DNA from: Thecamonas trahens ATCC 50062
Taxonomy: Eukaryota; Protista; Apusomonadida
DNA: 64,000 bases
Assembly (NCBI RefSeq): GCF_000142905.1
Contig: NW_013657662.1
Coordinates: 372,001-436,000, forward strand
Reading direction: 5' to 3'
The translations under genes were made by a program, and so were the position numbers. Under the pieces are notes generated by a model that did not search any database, was not told where the DNA came from, and saw only the letters and a program-made list of their open reading frames with translations. How positions within the stretch are numbered: the stretch's first letter is position 1; each line of letters begins with the position of its first letter. This document shows positions 10,493-20,168 of the stretch, in pieces.

Positions 10493-12370
10493 ATGGCGAG
10501 CACTCGGCGGTCGACTCGGGTGCCGTTCCTCCCGGGGAACTCGTTCACGGACCCGTCAAAGAAGCGGTTCCACAAGTCGCAGGCGCTACAGTTTACCATG
10601 GGCGGGGCGGTGCGTGTGGTGGACGACAGCAAGCCCAAGATCGGCGGCGAGCCGACGACGGCGAGCATTGCATCTGCGCGTGCGCGGGCCGGCACGTCTG
10701 CGGCGTTGTACCCAACAAGCGGAGCTGGGAACGGTGAGGCGCTGCCTGCGTGGGTGGCGTTTGACCGGCAGGTCCTTGCGTTTGACGGTTACTTTATGGA
10801 GGGCGTGACCGAGGCGCGGCACGAGGCGTACCGGGTGCGGCCGGTCAAAGTCTTCTTCTACCTGGCGGACGACACGCTGCAGATTGTGGAGCCCAAGGTG
10901 GGCAACTCGGGCCTCCCGCAGGGCACGCTTGTGCGGCGGCACAAGGTGCCGCTTGGCGAGCCTGCGGACGGGCGTTTCTACACAGTCGGCGATCTCAACG
11001 TGGGGATGGACATTGTGGTGTACGCCAAGACGTTCCGGCTCACCGGCGCCGACGGCTTTACGCGCGACTTTCTGGGCAAGCTCGGCATTGAGGTGCCTGT
11101 TGACGAGGGAGTGCCTGCGGATCCGTACATGAGCCATCGGCGGGCGGTTACTGACGGCGCGCACTCGGTGGTAGGCGGGAGCGCGAGTCTCGGCACATCG
11201 ATCGACGGGGCGGTCAAGGTGCGGTCCAACCTCCGGCAATTCCTGGAGAACGACCGCAAGGTCCTGCGGTTTTTCTGCATTTGGGATGACACGCCGTCGA
11301 TGTATGGCGACGAACGGCTGATGGTGCTCAACTACTACCTGGCGACCGACAAGGTCGAGGTCCGTGAGCAGATTCCGCAGAACTCGGGCCGCGATCCGGT
11401 GCCGCAGTTTATGAAGGCCTCGCGGCTGCCCAAGATTCCGCTCGGCCTCCCGCCAGTCGGCTCTGCGCGGGCGGAGCACGACCCGGCGCTGTACTACACG
11501 CCGGCAGACTTTCACATCGGCGAGGTTATCAACGTGTACGGGCGGCCGATGAAGATCTATGATATGGACTCGTTTACTCGCTCGTGGTACTCGGAGAACT
11601 TTGGCCTGAGCGCGGCCGACATGGCGCCGTTGCCGCCGCCCAACTCGGGGCGGACCGGCGTGGTGCTGGAGCGCGAGATCCCGCCGCCGACCGGCTACGG
11701 CTCGGAAGCCGACTCGCTGGCGTGCATGCACTCACTCATGCCGCGCCCGCCGCGGCGCGACATGGCCAAGATGCGAGCCAACGAGGGCAAGGCTCTCCGC
11801 TTTGCCGCGCAGTTTGTCGACCCGTCGCGCGTCGATCGCGACCGGCGCTTTGTCGTCTCGTTCCACCTCGCCAACGACACCGTCTCAGTCTTTGAGCCGC
11901 CGGTTCGCAACTCGGGCCGGCTCGGTGGCAAGTTTATCGAGCGCGACGAGGCCAAGAAGCCCGACGGCTCGCCGTACACGCCGGCCGACTTTTTCGTCGG
12001 CGCCGTTGTCTCGGTCCGCTCCTTCCGCTTCCTCCTCATCGACGCCGACGAGTTTGCCCTCTCGTACATGGAGGAGCGCCCGGCCGAGTTCCCGCACTCG
12101 TCGCTTCCGCACGTCATCGACAACGTCATCTCGCAGCTTGTTGCCGGCGAGGTTCCACCCGACTCGGTCATTGCCGCCTTTTCCTCGTCGGCTGCCGGCC
12201 GGAACTCGGTCGAGCCGGCCGTCTTCCAGGCATGCCTTGCCGAGCTTGGCATCAAGCTGGGTGGGCAGGAGCTGCTCACGCTCATGCGCTCGTTTGATCC
12301 CAACGGGGAGGCCCGCATCCAGTACGGCCTCTTCCTCGACGCTATCGGCATCGGCCAGGCTCAGGGCTAG
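10493..12370 (+). CDS. EFHC1: EF-hand domain-containing protein 1 / Rib72 (three DM10 domains plus EF-hand)
   Basis: PFLPGNSF.DP.K..FHKSQ, PAWVAFDRQVL.F, FLENDRKVLRF and EPPVRNSGRLGGKFIER. Confidence 0.92.
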   Translation: MASTRRSTRVPFLPGNSFTDPSKKRFHKSQALQFTMGGAVRVVDDSKPKIGGEPTTASIASARARAGTSAALYPTSGAGNGEALPAWVAFDRQVLAFDGYFMEGVTEARHEAYRVRPVKVFFYLADDTLQIVEPKVGNSGLPQGTLVRRHKVPLGEPADGRFYTVGDLNVGMDIVVYAKTFRLTGADGFTRDFLGKLGIEVPVDEGVPADPYMSHRRAVTDGAHSVVGGSASLGTSIDGAVKVRSNLRQFLENDRKVLRFFCIWDDTPSMYGDERLMVLNYYLATDKVEVREQIPQNSGRDPVPQFMKASRLPKIPLGLPPVGSARAEHDPALYYTPADFHIGEVINVYGRPMKIYDMDSFTRSWYSENFGLSAADMAPLPPPNSGRTGVVLEREIPPPTGYGSEADSLACMHSLMPRPPRRDMAKMRANEGKALRFAAQFVDPSRVDRDRRFVVSFHLANDTVSVFEPPVRNSGRLGGKFIERDEAKKPDGSPYTPADFFVGAVVSVRSFRFLLIDADEFALSYMEERPAEFPHSSLPHVIDNVISQLVAGEVPPDSVIAAFSSSAAGRNSVEPAVFQACLAELGIKLGGQELLTLMRSFDPNGEARIQYGLFLDAIGIGQAQG

Positions 12371-12432
12371 CCGAGCCCTTTGCTCATTGATTGAAGTTTG
12401 TTCACATGGCGTGTGCCGCCAGCCGGCGTAGC

Positions 12433-13946
12433 CTACTGCAGCCGGAACGCATGGATCGAAGGCAGGAGGGTGCGGACGGCGCTGGCGAGCCGTGTATAGT
12501 CGTCCATGGTGTTGTAGATATGTGCCGAGATGCGGACGTAGAGCTTGCCGTCGCGCGATTTGACCGGCACCTCGATGTTGTGCTCGTGGAAGAGCCAGTC
12601 TTGCAGCACGTCAGCCAGGACGCCGATAGGAACGTCATCGCGGCCGCCGGTCACGACCTTGTGGCCGACAACTGCCTGCGGAAGCTCGACAGTGGCCAGG
12701 CTTGTTCCGTTGTGGACCGCCGGCGGATCCAGGACGCCGGTGCCCCACTCGGCTGAGAGCAGCTCGGAGGCAGCGCGGAGGAGGCCGTGCATGTGCTGCC
12801 GGACAGCGTCAACGCCGAGCGCCTCCCACAGTGCGACTGCATACGGCAGCGTCAGTGCTGGCGCGTAGGAGCGGGTACCGTCCCAGCCAAACTTGGCGTG
12901 GAGCGTTGCTTGCGGACCGGTGTAGCCATGCGAGATGACCGGTGGTAGCACCGCGTCGCGCGCCTCCTCGCTCACCCGCTCTGGGTTGGCCCACAGGAAG
13001 CCGACGCCACGCGGTGCCGAGAACCACTTGTGGCACGAGCCGACGTACCAGTGAGAGAGACAAGCATCCGGAGTAAGCGTTAGATCTTGTGCCAGCAGGC
13101 CGTGGGCACCGTCAACCACAAGCGGTACGTCGTGGCGAGCAAAGACGGCTGCCAGCTCGTCCAGCGGCGCAACAAGCGCCGAGTTGGACGCGACGTGGTC
13201 GATGATCGCCGCCGCAGGGCGAGTCGGCGCAGCATCCATGGCTGCACTCACGGCAGCGGCCACAAACGACGGATGGAGCGAGGGGAGCGGAATGTCGACG
13301 ACGAGCGGCTCGGTCCCGGTGAGGGCACGAGCGATCTTGGGCGTCGATGCGTAGACAGACGAGAGGACAAGAATGGGTGCGCCGGGAGAAGCCGACGCAG
13401 TAGCGGCAGCAAGTGCGTTGATGGCGGTGGTCGGGTTGGGGACAAGGACCAGATCCTGCGGTGATGCGCCTACAAACGAGGCCAGTGCGTGGGTGGCATC
13501 GCCGAGCCGGCCAAACAGCTCGCGATCAAAGAAGGCGAGCGGCTGTGACGAGGCGTGTGCCTCCCACGCGGCGGCCACCTTTGCCAGCGGCGTTGCCACC
13601 CCGCCAAACGCGCCGTGATTGATAAACGTGCCCCACTTGCTGTCGATGCAGAAGAGAGACCGCAGCGCAGCCGCGGCCTCGTCCGGTGGCGCGCTGAGAA
13701 TGGCCGGCAGCGCCGTGCCGGGCGCCTCAGTGACAACCTCCGCAGCGGATGCGCCGAGTCCGGTAGCGCCGCAGCCGGCTCGTCCACCGGCGGCAGCGAT
13801 GGCGGCGGCGGCATCGGCGTGTGGCTGGCCGGATCCTGGCTCACGATGGCGTCGAGCTCGGCATACCGCAGCTGCGGATGCGCCCACGACGACGACCAGG
13901 CGACCGGAGCAAAGCCTGCGAGGGCGGTGGAGCAGCGGCGGAGCAT
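12433..13946 (-). CDS. Class V PLP aminotransferase (L-cysteine desulfhydrase / Egt2 / isopenicillin N epimerase-like); N-terminus frameshifted
   Basis: FINHGAFGG, VDGAHG, YVGSCHKWFSAPRGVGFL, RISAHIYN. A plausible presequence MLRRCSTALAG from ATG 13946 lies in an adjacent frame. Confidence 0.8.
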
Positions 13947-14084
13947 ATGTGTATGGTACGGGGGGGGGGGGGGGGGGCAAGAAGAGTTGGGTGTGTGGGG
14001 CTGGTAAGAGAACAAGGTATGTGCGTTGTGTGTGTGTGCATGTGTGTGTGAGGGGGGAGGGGGCGAGAGTAGTACGATCAACAC

Positions 14085-14275
14085 TGAAAAGCATCAAAAA
14101 GCATCAAGAAACGGGCCCAAAACTTGAAAAATAATGCTTTTATATATTTTGGTATTGAAATCTATTTATACATTAAAAATAGCACTTTAAAGTTGTAAAG
14201 ACATATTATTTTAGTTTTGCATTTATATAAGTATATAGTTAGAATTGGGAGTTGTTTTTATCGGCCAATCTTGTT
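14085..14275. other. AT-rich island
   Basis: About 190 bp of strongly AT-rich sequence in an otherwise GC-rich window. Confidence 0.8.
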
Positions 14276-14517
14276 CCTCGCACTTCACAACCCTTTCAGC
14301 CCCCCTTCTCGCGTGTGCAGCACGGCAGCATCTTACTCCTCACAATGTCTGAGCATCCTCTGCAGGTAAACTGGTCATGTGGTTGGATAGGACAGCATCA
14401 TCGTAGATGAGGAGCTAGCGTCGATAAACCTTTTTTATCGGGCATGGCGCCAACGGCGAGGTGCACAACATCTGGGAGTCGCAGTATCAGTACAAGCTAG
14501 TAGACGGCTACAAGTCA

Positions 14518-17500
14518 TCACCCGGTCGTGCGAAGACCAGAGGCAATGGCGTTGACAGTTGAGAGCAGCGGCGGCAAGACGGCGTCGGCACTGACAGAGT
14601 CGCCTGACGCCACGAGACCGCGCCAGTGCTTGAGGAGCGCGATCTGCTCGGCATGCAGCTCGCGAAGGCCGCGGTCCCGAAGCTGGACAGTGTGGTGCAT
14701 GCGCGGCCGACGGAGCGCAAGCGGAACATCGTCGTACAGAACCTGCAGCACGCTGTCGGTCCGCACAAACTCGTTGTGAATGAGAGAGCCAATGGCGTCG
14801 CGCGCGGCGTCCGACGAGACCAGCGAGCCGTAGTCGCGGACGATCGGAAGCGAGACCGAGGCAAGCGAGGCCTCGATGTTGCCGATGACGTACTGGAGGA
14901 AGGGCCAGTCACGTACAGCAGCACGAAACCGTTCAAAGTTGTGCGGCTCGGCTTCGGCAAGCTCGTGGAGAACCGTGCCGACACCGTACCACGACGGGAG
15001 ATAGACTCGCGATTGGGTCCACGCAAAGGTCCACGGGATAGCGCGCAGGTCGGCAAGCGTGCGCTGGCCGGTCCGCCGCGATGGGCGCGACCCAAACACG
15101 CCGTGCTCAAGCGCGTCAATGGGCGTGCCTTCGGAAAAGTACGTCATGAATTGTGGGTGTGAGATGAGCTCGGCGTACGCCCAATGTGCCCGCTTGGCGA
15201 GGTCCTCGACGACCGGCGCCAGCTCGTGCTCGGTACTGGCCGCGCTCGCGCCGCGGGCGGCGACGCCAGTCACGCCCGCGGTGAGCAGCTCGAGGTTGTA
15301 CGTTGCCGTCCCAACGTTCGAGTACTTGGCGGCAATCGACTCGCCTTGCTCAGTGACGCGGATGGCGGCGGCTTCGGGGCCGCCCACCGGGAGCGCGTCG
15401 AGGAACCGGTGTGTTGGTCCGGCGCCGCGTGAGACGGTTCCACCGCGGCCATGGAAGAAGACAACGTCGACACCAGCATCTGCGCACACCTGCGAGAGCT
15501 TGCGTTGCGCTACGTGGAGATGCCATTGCGACGACAGAATGCCGCCGTCCTTGCACGAGTCCGAGTACCCTACCATGACCTGGCATCGTGGCCGGTCGTA
15601 GCCGTGAATTGCTTGCTGCAGCGCAAGCGAGCGCTGTGTCACCGGATGGGCAAGAAACGCGCTCATGATCTCCGGCGACCGCTCCAAATCGCCGACGGTC
15701 TCAAAGAGCGGAACCACTGGAACTATGCATGCGTTGCCCGGCTCGGTCTTCAGCTCGCCGAGCGAGCCCGAGCCCGAGCCAAAGTGTTCGGCGAGCGTTG
15801 CTGGCGGGCCGACAAGGCCGGACTCCTTGCCGAGAACGTAAACGGCGAGCAAGTCCGAGAGCGAGCGAGTCATCGAGACGATGAACGAGCCAATACCTGC
15901 GATGCCGTGGATAGATGCGTGGCGCGCAACAACACGGTGCGCATCCAGAACAGTCTTGGCTTGCGGCGCGAGGGCGGCGTGGGGATGGGCGAGCGGGCGC
16001 AGCGAGTCCAGCTCGCGATTAAGCACCTCCACCCGACTGGCCTCGTCCCACTCGCCCGCGCTCGGTGGGAGAGAGACACCGCCGACAGAAAGAAGTGACC
16101 AAAGCGCATGCTCGTGCATTGTCGAGTTCTCACGGACGTCGAGGGCTGCAAGATGAAAGCCAAAGACTTGGACAGCACGCTCTATTGGTGCCACGTGTGT
16201 ATCGGCAATCTTGCCCGCACCGACCGCGTCGAGCGAGGCGCCCAGTATCTGCAAGTCGGCCAGCAGTTCCGCCGGCGACGTGTAGTGGAGACCCGATGCG
16301 AGAGCCTCGGCAGACGTTGGCAGCCGCAGCAGCATGTATCCAATCATCTCTCGCCACGGCTCGCCCGGATTGCGCTCGGTCGGCCAAGCCCCGGCGGGCA
16401 GGCTCTTGCGCAGCGGCGCAAGGTTCTCGTTTGCCTCGGCCAGTGCATTGAGCAGCATCGATGGCGGTGGCGCCCGACGGGCAGAGAGCGACAGCTTGGC
16501 GACTAGCTTTTCCAGTTCGGCGCGGTGGACGTCGAGTGCGCCCTGGCGCAGCTCAAGCAGCGTCTCGGCGGTCACGCTGGCTGTCACACCGGGATGCCCG
16601 TCGCGGTCGCCGCCGACCCACGAGCCAAACGAAATGCGCGGAAGGCTGCCGGGTGACCGCACGAGGGCGCCGTCAAAACCGGCGTCCTCAAATGCAGTCC
16701 GCAGCCGGGCGTCGAGCTGCGGAAGGACGGCCGGAAACTTGTGCCGGAGGTAAGCCTGGACGGCGCGGCGCTCAGAGGTGACGTCCAGTTTCTTCAGCCG
16801 CAGATCGCCAGTCCGCCACAGGATGGCGAGCGCAGCCTGGATGTCGCTAGTGATTTGGTCCTGCTCCCACTTTGTCCACACTGTCGACTCACGCTTGAAG
16901 AGTAGGAGGTATAGCTCGCGCAGCTGCTCGACCATTGTCTGGCGCTTGGCTTCAGTCGGATGCGCGGTGAGGACCGGCTCGACGTGTACCGAGGCAAGGA
17001 GCTCCGCTGCCTGAGCCGAGTTGAGCCCGCGATCGCCCAGTCGAGCAAAGACCGAGCCAAAGAGCCCGTTCTCCGCCGCCAGACCGTGCGCACCCTCGCG
17101 ATGGCGCCGGCCCTGCGCCGCGGCGTTCTCCTCCACCATGTTGAGGAGCTGAAACGAGAGCGAGAGCGCCTGAACGAGCTTGCGCCGTTGGCCGATGTCC
17201 AAGGCGGCTGAGGCCGGCGCAGCGCTATCGGCTGCGCCATTGACCCACGGCAGACGCGCCGCTACCTCGCCGTACCCGTCGGCCTTGAGGACCTCGGCAA
17301 GACGTGAGACCATGAATGTCACATCGGCCTCGACCTTGTTCTGGTCAGCCTGCCGCCGGGCTGCGGCCTCTTCCACAGGCGTGTCCGTCGCCGCCGCCGT
17401 CGCTGCTGCTGCCGCCACGGCGGAGCCCTGCCTGGCGTGGACCGCCATTCCCACAGCCTGGCACCGCGCAAGCACCCGTACCGCATGCGTCCGTACAGCC

Positions 17501-17529
17501 TGGCCTGCTGCACTTGCCACACGAATCAT
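14518..17529 (-). CDS. ppc: Phosphoenolpyruvate carboxylase (bacterial-type C-terminus) with N-terminal extension
   Basis: VLTAHPTE, SWVGGDRDGHP, QVMVGYSDSCKDGG, FHGRGGTVSRG, LRAIPWTFAWTQSR and terminal GLRTTG. Confidence 0.95.
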   Translation of the reverse strand: MIRVASAAGQAVRTHAVRVLARCQAVGMAVHARQGSAVAAAAATAAATDTPVEEAAARRQADQNKVEADVTFMVSRLAEVLKADGYGEVAARLPWVNGAADSAAPASAALDIGQRRKLVQALSLSFQLLNMVEENAAAQGRRHREGAHGLAAENGLFGSVFARLGDRGLNSAQAAELLASVHVEPVLTAHPTEAKRQTMVEQLRELYLLLFKRESTVWTKWEQDQITSDIQAALAILWRTGDLRLKKLDVTSERRAVQAYLRHKFPAVLPQLDARLRTAFEDAGFDGALVRSPGSLPRISFGSWVGGDRDGHPGVTASVTAETLLELRQGALDVHRAELEKLVAKLSLSARRAPPPSMLLNALAEANENLAPLRKSLPAGAWPTERNPGEPWREMIGYMLLRLPTSAEALASGLHYTSPAELLADLQILGASLDAVGAGKIADTHVAPIERAVQVFGFHLAALDVRENSTMHEHALWSLLSVGGVSLPPSAGEWDEASRVEVLNRELDSLRPLAHPHAALAPQAKTVLDAHRVVARHASIHGIAGIGSFIVSMTRSLSDLLAVYVLGKESGLVGPPATLAEHFGSGSGSLGELKTEPGNACIVPVVPLFETVGDLERSPEIMSAFLAHPVTQRSLALQQAIHGYDRPRCQVMVGYSDSCKDGGILSSQWHLHVAQRKLSQVCADAGVDVVFFHGRGGTVSRGAGPTHRFLDALPVGGPEAAAIRVTEQGESIAAKYSNVGTATYNLELLTAGVTGVAARGASAASTEHELAPVVEDLAKRAHWAYAELISHPQFMTYFSEGTPIDALEHGVFGSRPSRRTGQRTLADLRAIPWTFAWTQSRVYLPSWYGVGTVLHELAEAEPHNFERFRAAVRDWPFLQYVIGNIEASLASVSLPIVRDYGSLVSSDAARDAIGSLIHNEFVRTDSVLQVLYDDVPLALRRPRMHHTVQLRDRGLRELHAEQIALLKHWRGLVASGDSVSADAVLPPLLSTVNAIASGLRTTG

Positions 17530-17699
17530 TTCTTGAGTTCCTGGGGTTGCCCGCGGGAGTCGAGTGACGTGTGTGCTTGTATGTTATGCATTCGTGTGTG
17601 CTCGTGTGTGTCCGCGTGGGCATGCTGTGGCGTGCCGCATCATTCCACACACATCTCGAACACTCGCCCGCACAGTTTGGCCACATACATTGTCATTGG

Positions 17700-18668
17700 C
17701 TATGGATCAAAGGCAGCGAGAATCAGCGCCGTGGCGATAGCGGCGGCGAGAAGAACCCGGAACGAGGTCGGGAAGCGCGACGACGACGGCGGCGCCACAT
17801 GGACCATGTCTGGGAGCAGATGTGTGATGGCCATGGCGGAGAGGACGCCTGCGGCGGTGGTGAGGACCGAGCCCTGGAACACAGTGTTGCGCACAAGTCG
17901 TGCCGGGAGCAGAATGCCGAGCAAGACCCCGATGGCGTTGGACAAAGCCGACACGCCGACGAGAAGCACGTCGGCAGTCGTCACCTTGGAGTGCGCCATT
18001 GCTAGCGGGAGGGTGGTTGAAAAGCCGACAACCCCCGTGTGCGCCGCAATCGCGCCCGCCAGCAGCAGTGCTGGCGCAAGCGCCCGCAGCGCAAGCACAT
18101 ACAGCGAAACGCCTGCTGGAATGGCGTGGAGGCACACTCCGACGGTTCCGGCGTAGAGCGTCGCCCGAGGCGATCGCTTCCGCTGTGGCACACTCTCAGT
18201 CTTTGGCTCGTCCGCCCTTCCGTTCTCAAGATCAAGGGTGTTGATCGTCGGGCTGAAGCGCAGCGGTGAAGCCTCACCGACAAGCGGCGCGGACACCGGG
18301 CCTGCAGCTGCCGCTGCCGCGGTTGCCGCAGGGCATTTTGAGTGGTCGTGACCAATGTGACCGATGAGGTCGGCGACCATCATGATGAGCGCGCCGACCA
18401 CCAGTAGCCCGCCACCGAGAAGTGCGGCCCACCGTGGCGAGTCGTCGCCGTCTGTCAGCAGTTCCAGACCCTCCGGCCACATGTGTGCGAGCGAGAGGGT
18501 AAGCATGGCCCCAGCGGCAGCGGCATTGGCCAGCGCCAGCCGACCAGCGCCAGCACCACGCCCAGCCTTAGTACGGACCATCCACGGCGCAGCGGCTCCG
18601 CCAGCATACAGCAGGCCGGTCGCCAGCGCCAGGCCAACCGCAGTTGCTTCTTCTTGTGCAAACTTCAT
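17700..18668 (-). CDS. ZIP-family zinc/iron permease
   Basis: AAAGAMLTLSLAHMWPEG, His-rich loop (HIGHDH), LHAIPAG, multiple TM segments. Confidence 0.8.
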   Translation of the reverse strand: MKFAQEEATAVGLALATGLLYAGGAAAPWMVRTKAGRGAGAGRLALANAAAAGAMLTLSLAHMWPEGLELLTDGDDSPRWAALLGGGLLVVGALIMMVADLIGHIGHDHSKCPAATAAAAAAGPVSAPLVGEASPLRFSPTINTLDLENGRADEPKTESVPQRKRSPRATLYAGTVGVCLHAIPAGVSLYVLALRALAPALLLAGAIAAHTGVVGFSTTLPLAMAHSKVTTADVLLVGVSALSNAIGVLLGILLPARLVRNTVFQGSVLTTAAGVLSAMAITHLLPDMVHVAPPSSSRFPTSFRVLLAAAIATALILAAFDP

Positions 18669-18970
18669 CGCCCCCCTCCCCTTCCTCCTGTGGACTCGAG
18701 TGTGGTCGGCTCCGTGAGTGTGACTTGAGTTGGCAGTCCGATGCTTCTCTTTCGCAACACTCCGCCACATCACCACCGCTGCTCCGCCACATGCTGGCTT
18801 GCGGTCGGCGACCGCTGCTCCACCACCCTGTCAACTAAATCCAGCCCCCCCCCCCTCCCCCTTTGTTGCATTTGCTTTGATTCGACCAACTTGCTCACCC
18901 CGGGGCACCACGCTCCTCCTGCCCACAGCCCACAGCCCTTGCCAAGACCAAACACGCCACTCTACCCCCC

Positions 18971-19948
18971 ATGCCCGTGGTTCGGGTCAAGGGTACGCCT
19001 ACCTTTGCCCTCTCCTTCCCTTCCTTTCCTTTCCCTTCCCTCCTCCCTCCCCTCACCCGCCTGCTCCATCCTCACGCCCACGCAGTCTTTGCGCTCTCCG
19101 AGCTGCGCGCCAAGCTCGCTGCGCCCGCGCTTCGCCTGACCTATGGCGGCGCCACGGTAGCCGCAGATGCCGCCGGCCCTGCAGATGATGACGCAGACTC
19201 GTGCATGCTGGTGTGGAACCAGTCGTTCGAGATGAAGACCTCGTCGGGGCCATCCCCGGCGGCACCAGGCCTGGCCGGCGATGATGCCCAGCTGCTGGTG
19301 GAGCTCGTCGACGACGGTAGCGTTGTCGGTGTCGCGGCGGTCGATGTGGAGTATCTGCGCGCAAGCCACGCCGCGCTGCCACGCATCGAGCGGCGTCACA
19401 AGTACCCGCAAAAGTCCTACAAGCTCGTTCTCCTCCAGCCCGCGTCGCTGCCGTCCGGCGCGCCTGTTGCCGTCCGCGAGTCCTCGATCGCGCCGTCTGG
19501 CGCCCGCCCCGTCGCCCGCCTCAAGCTCGCACTGCAGATCTTGCTCAAGCCGTCGCGATCGTCGGCCGCCACTGTTGGCGGCTCGTCATCGGGCGCAGGC
19601 GCTTCGCTCTCGCCGCCGCCGTCGCCGAGCTCGCGCGGCCAGCATCCGCGGTCGCCGCCGCCATCGCGCTCGCCATCGTACGCTGATCTGGAGCTCGCTC
19701 TCTCCAAAGCCCACGTCCGCAATGCGCTGTTAGAAGCTCAGAACAACACACTCACTGAGCGGATCCGCAGCCTCGAGGCCGAGCTCGCCGCCGCGCAAGC
19801 CACCTCAGGCGCACCCACCGGCCCCGACCGTCCGCCGCTTGCTGCGCTTACAGCCACTTCCACCACCAACAATACTGCAGCATCGGTCAGCAAGCTCCAG
19901 CATGCGCTCGACGACCTCGAGGGTCGAGTCCACGGCCTTCTCGCGTGA
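18971..19948 (+). CDS. C2-like domain plus coiled-coil protein; probable intron 18993-19085
   Basis: GTACGC..GCAG intron gives MPVVRVKVFALSEL. VWNQSFE...LLVELVD..VVG is C2-like. Confidence 0.55.
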   Translation: MPVVRVKGTPTFALSFPSFPFPSLLPPLTRLLHPHAHAVFALSELRAKLAAPALRLTYGGATVAADAAGPADDDADSCMLVWNQSFEMKTSSGPSPAAPGLAGDDAQLLVELVDDGSVVGVAAVDVEYLRASHAALPRIERRHKYPQKSYKLVLLQPASLPSGAPVAVRESSIAPSGARPVARLKLALQILLKPSRSSAATVGGSSSGAGASLSPPPSPSSRGQHPRSPPPSRSPSYADLELALSKAHVRNALLEAQNNTLTERIRSLEAELAAAQATSGAPTGPDRPPLAALTATSTTNNTAASVSKLQHALDDLEGRVHGLLA

Positions 19949-20168
19949 GTGAATGATGGCAGCCGTGCGTCCATCCGTCGTTTCCGGCCCGTCCGCCGTT
20001 TCCGGGCGGACGTTGTGGACAGTGTTGCGGAGGGTTTCCGTTTTTTTTCCTGCACGCATTCATCAGCCACAGAACAGCAGACAGCCCGCCGTGCAACAGG
20101 GTCCACTACCTCCCCCTCCCTCCCTCCCCCCCCCCCCCCCCCCCGGAGCCTTATTGTAGCATTCCATA

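Noticed and set aside
15555-15572. Genome-wide reassignment of UCN codons to Leu
   Set aside because: Invariant serines use these codons: PEPC GYSDS uses TCG twice, Rit1 FKSTDGH uses TCA, and the lactone oxidase GHSW uses TCG. Any Leu insertion could only be partial or conditional.
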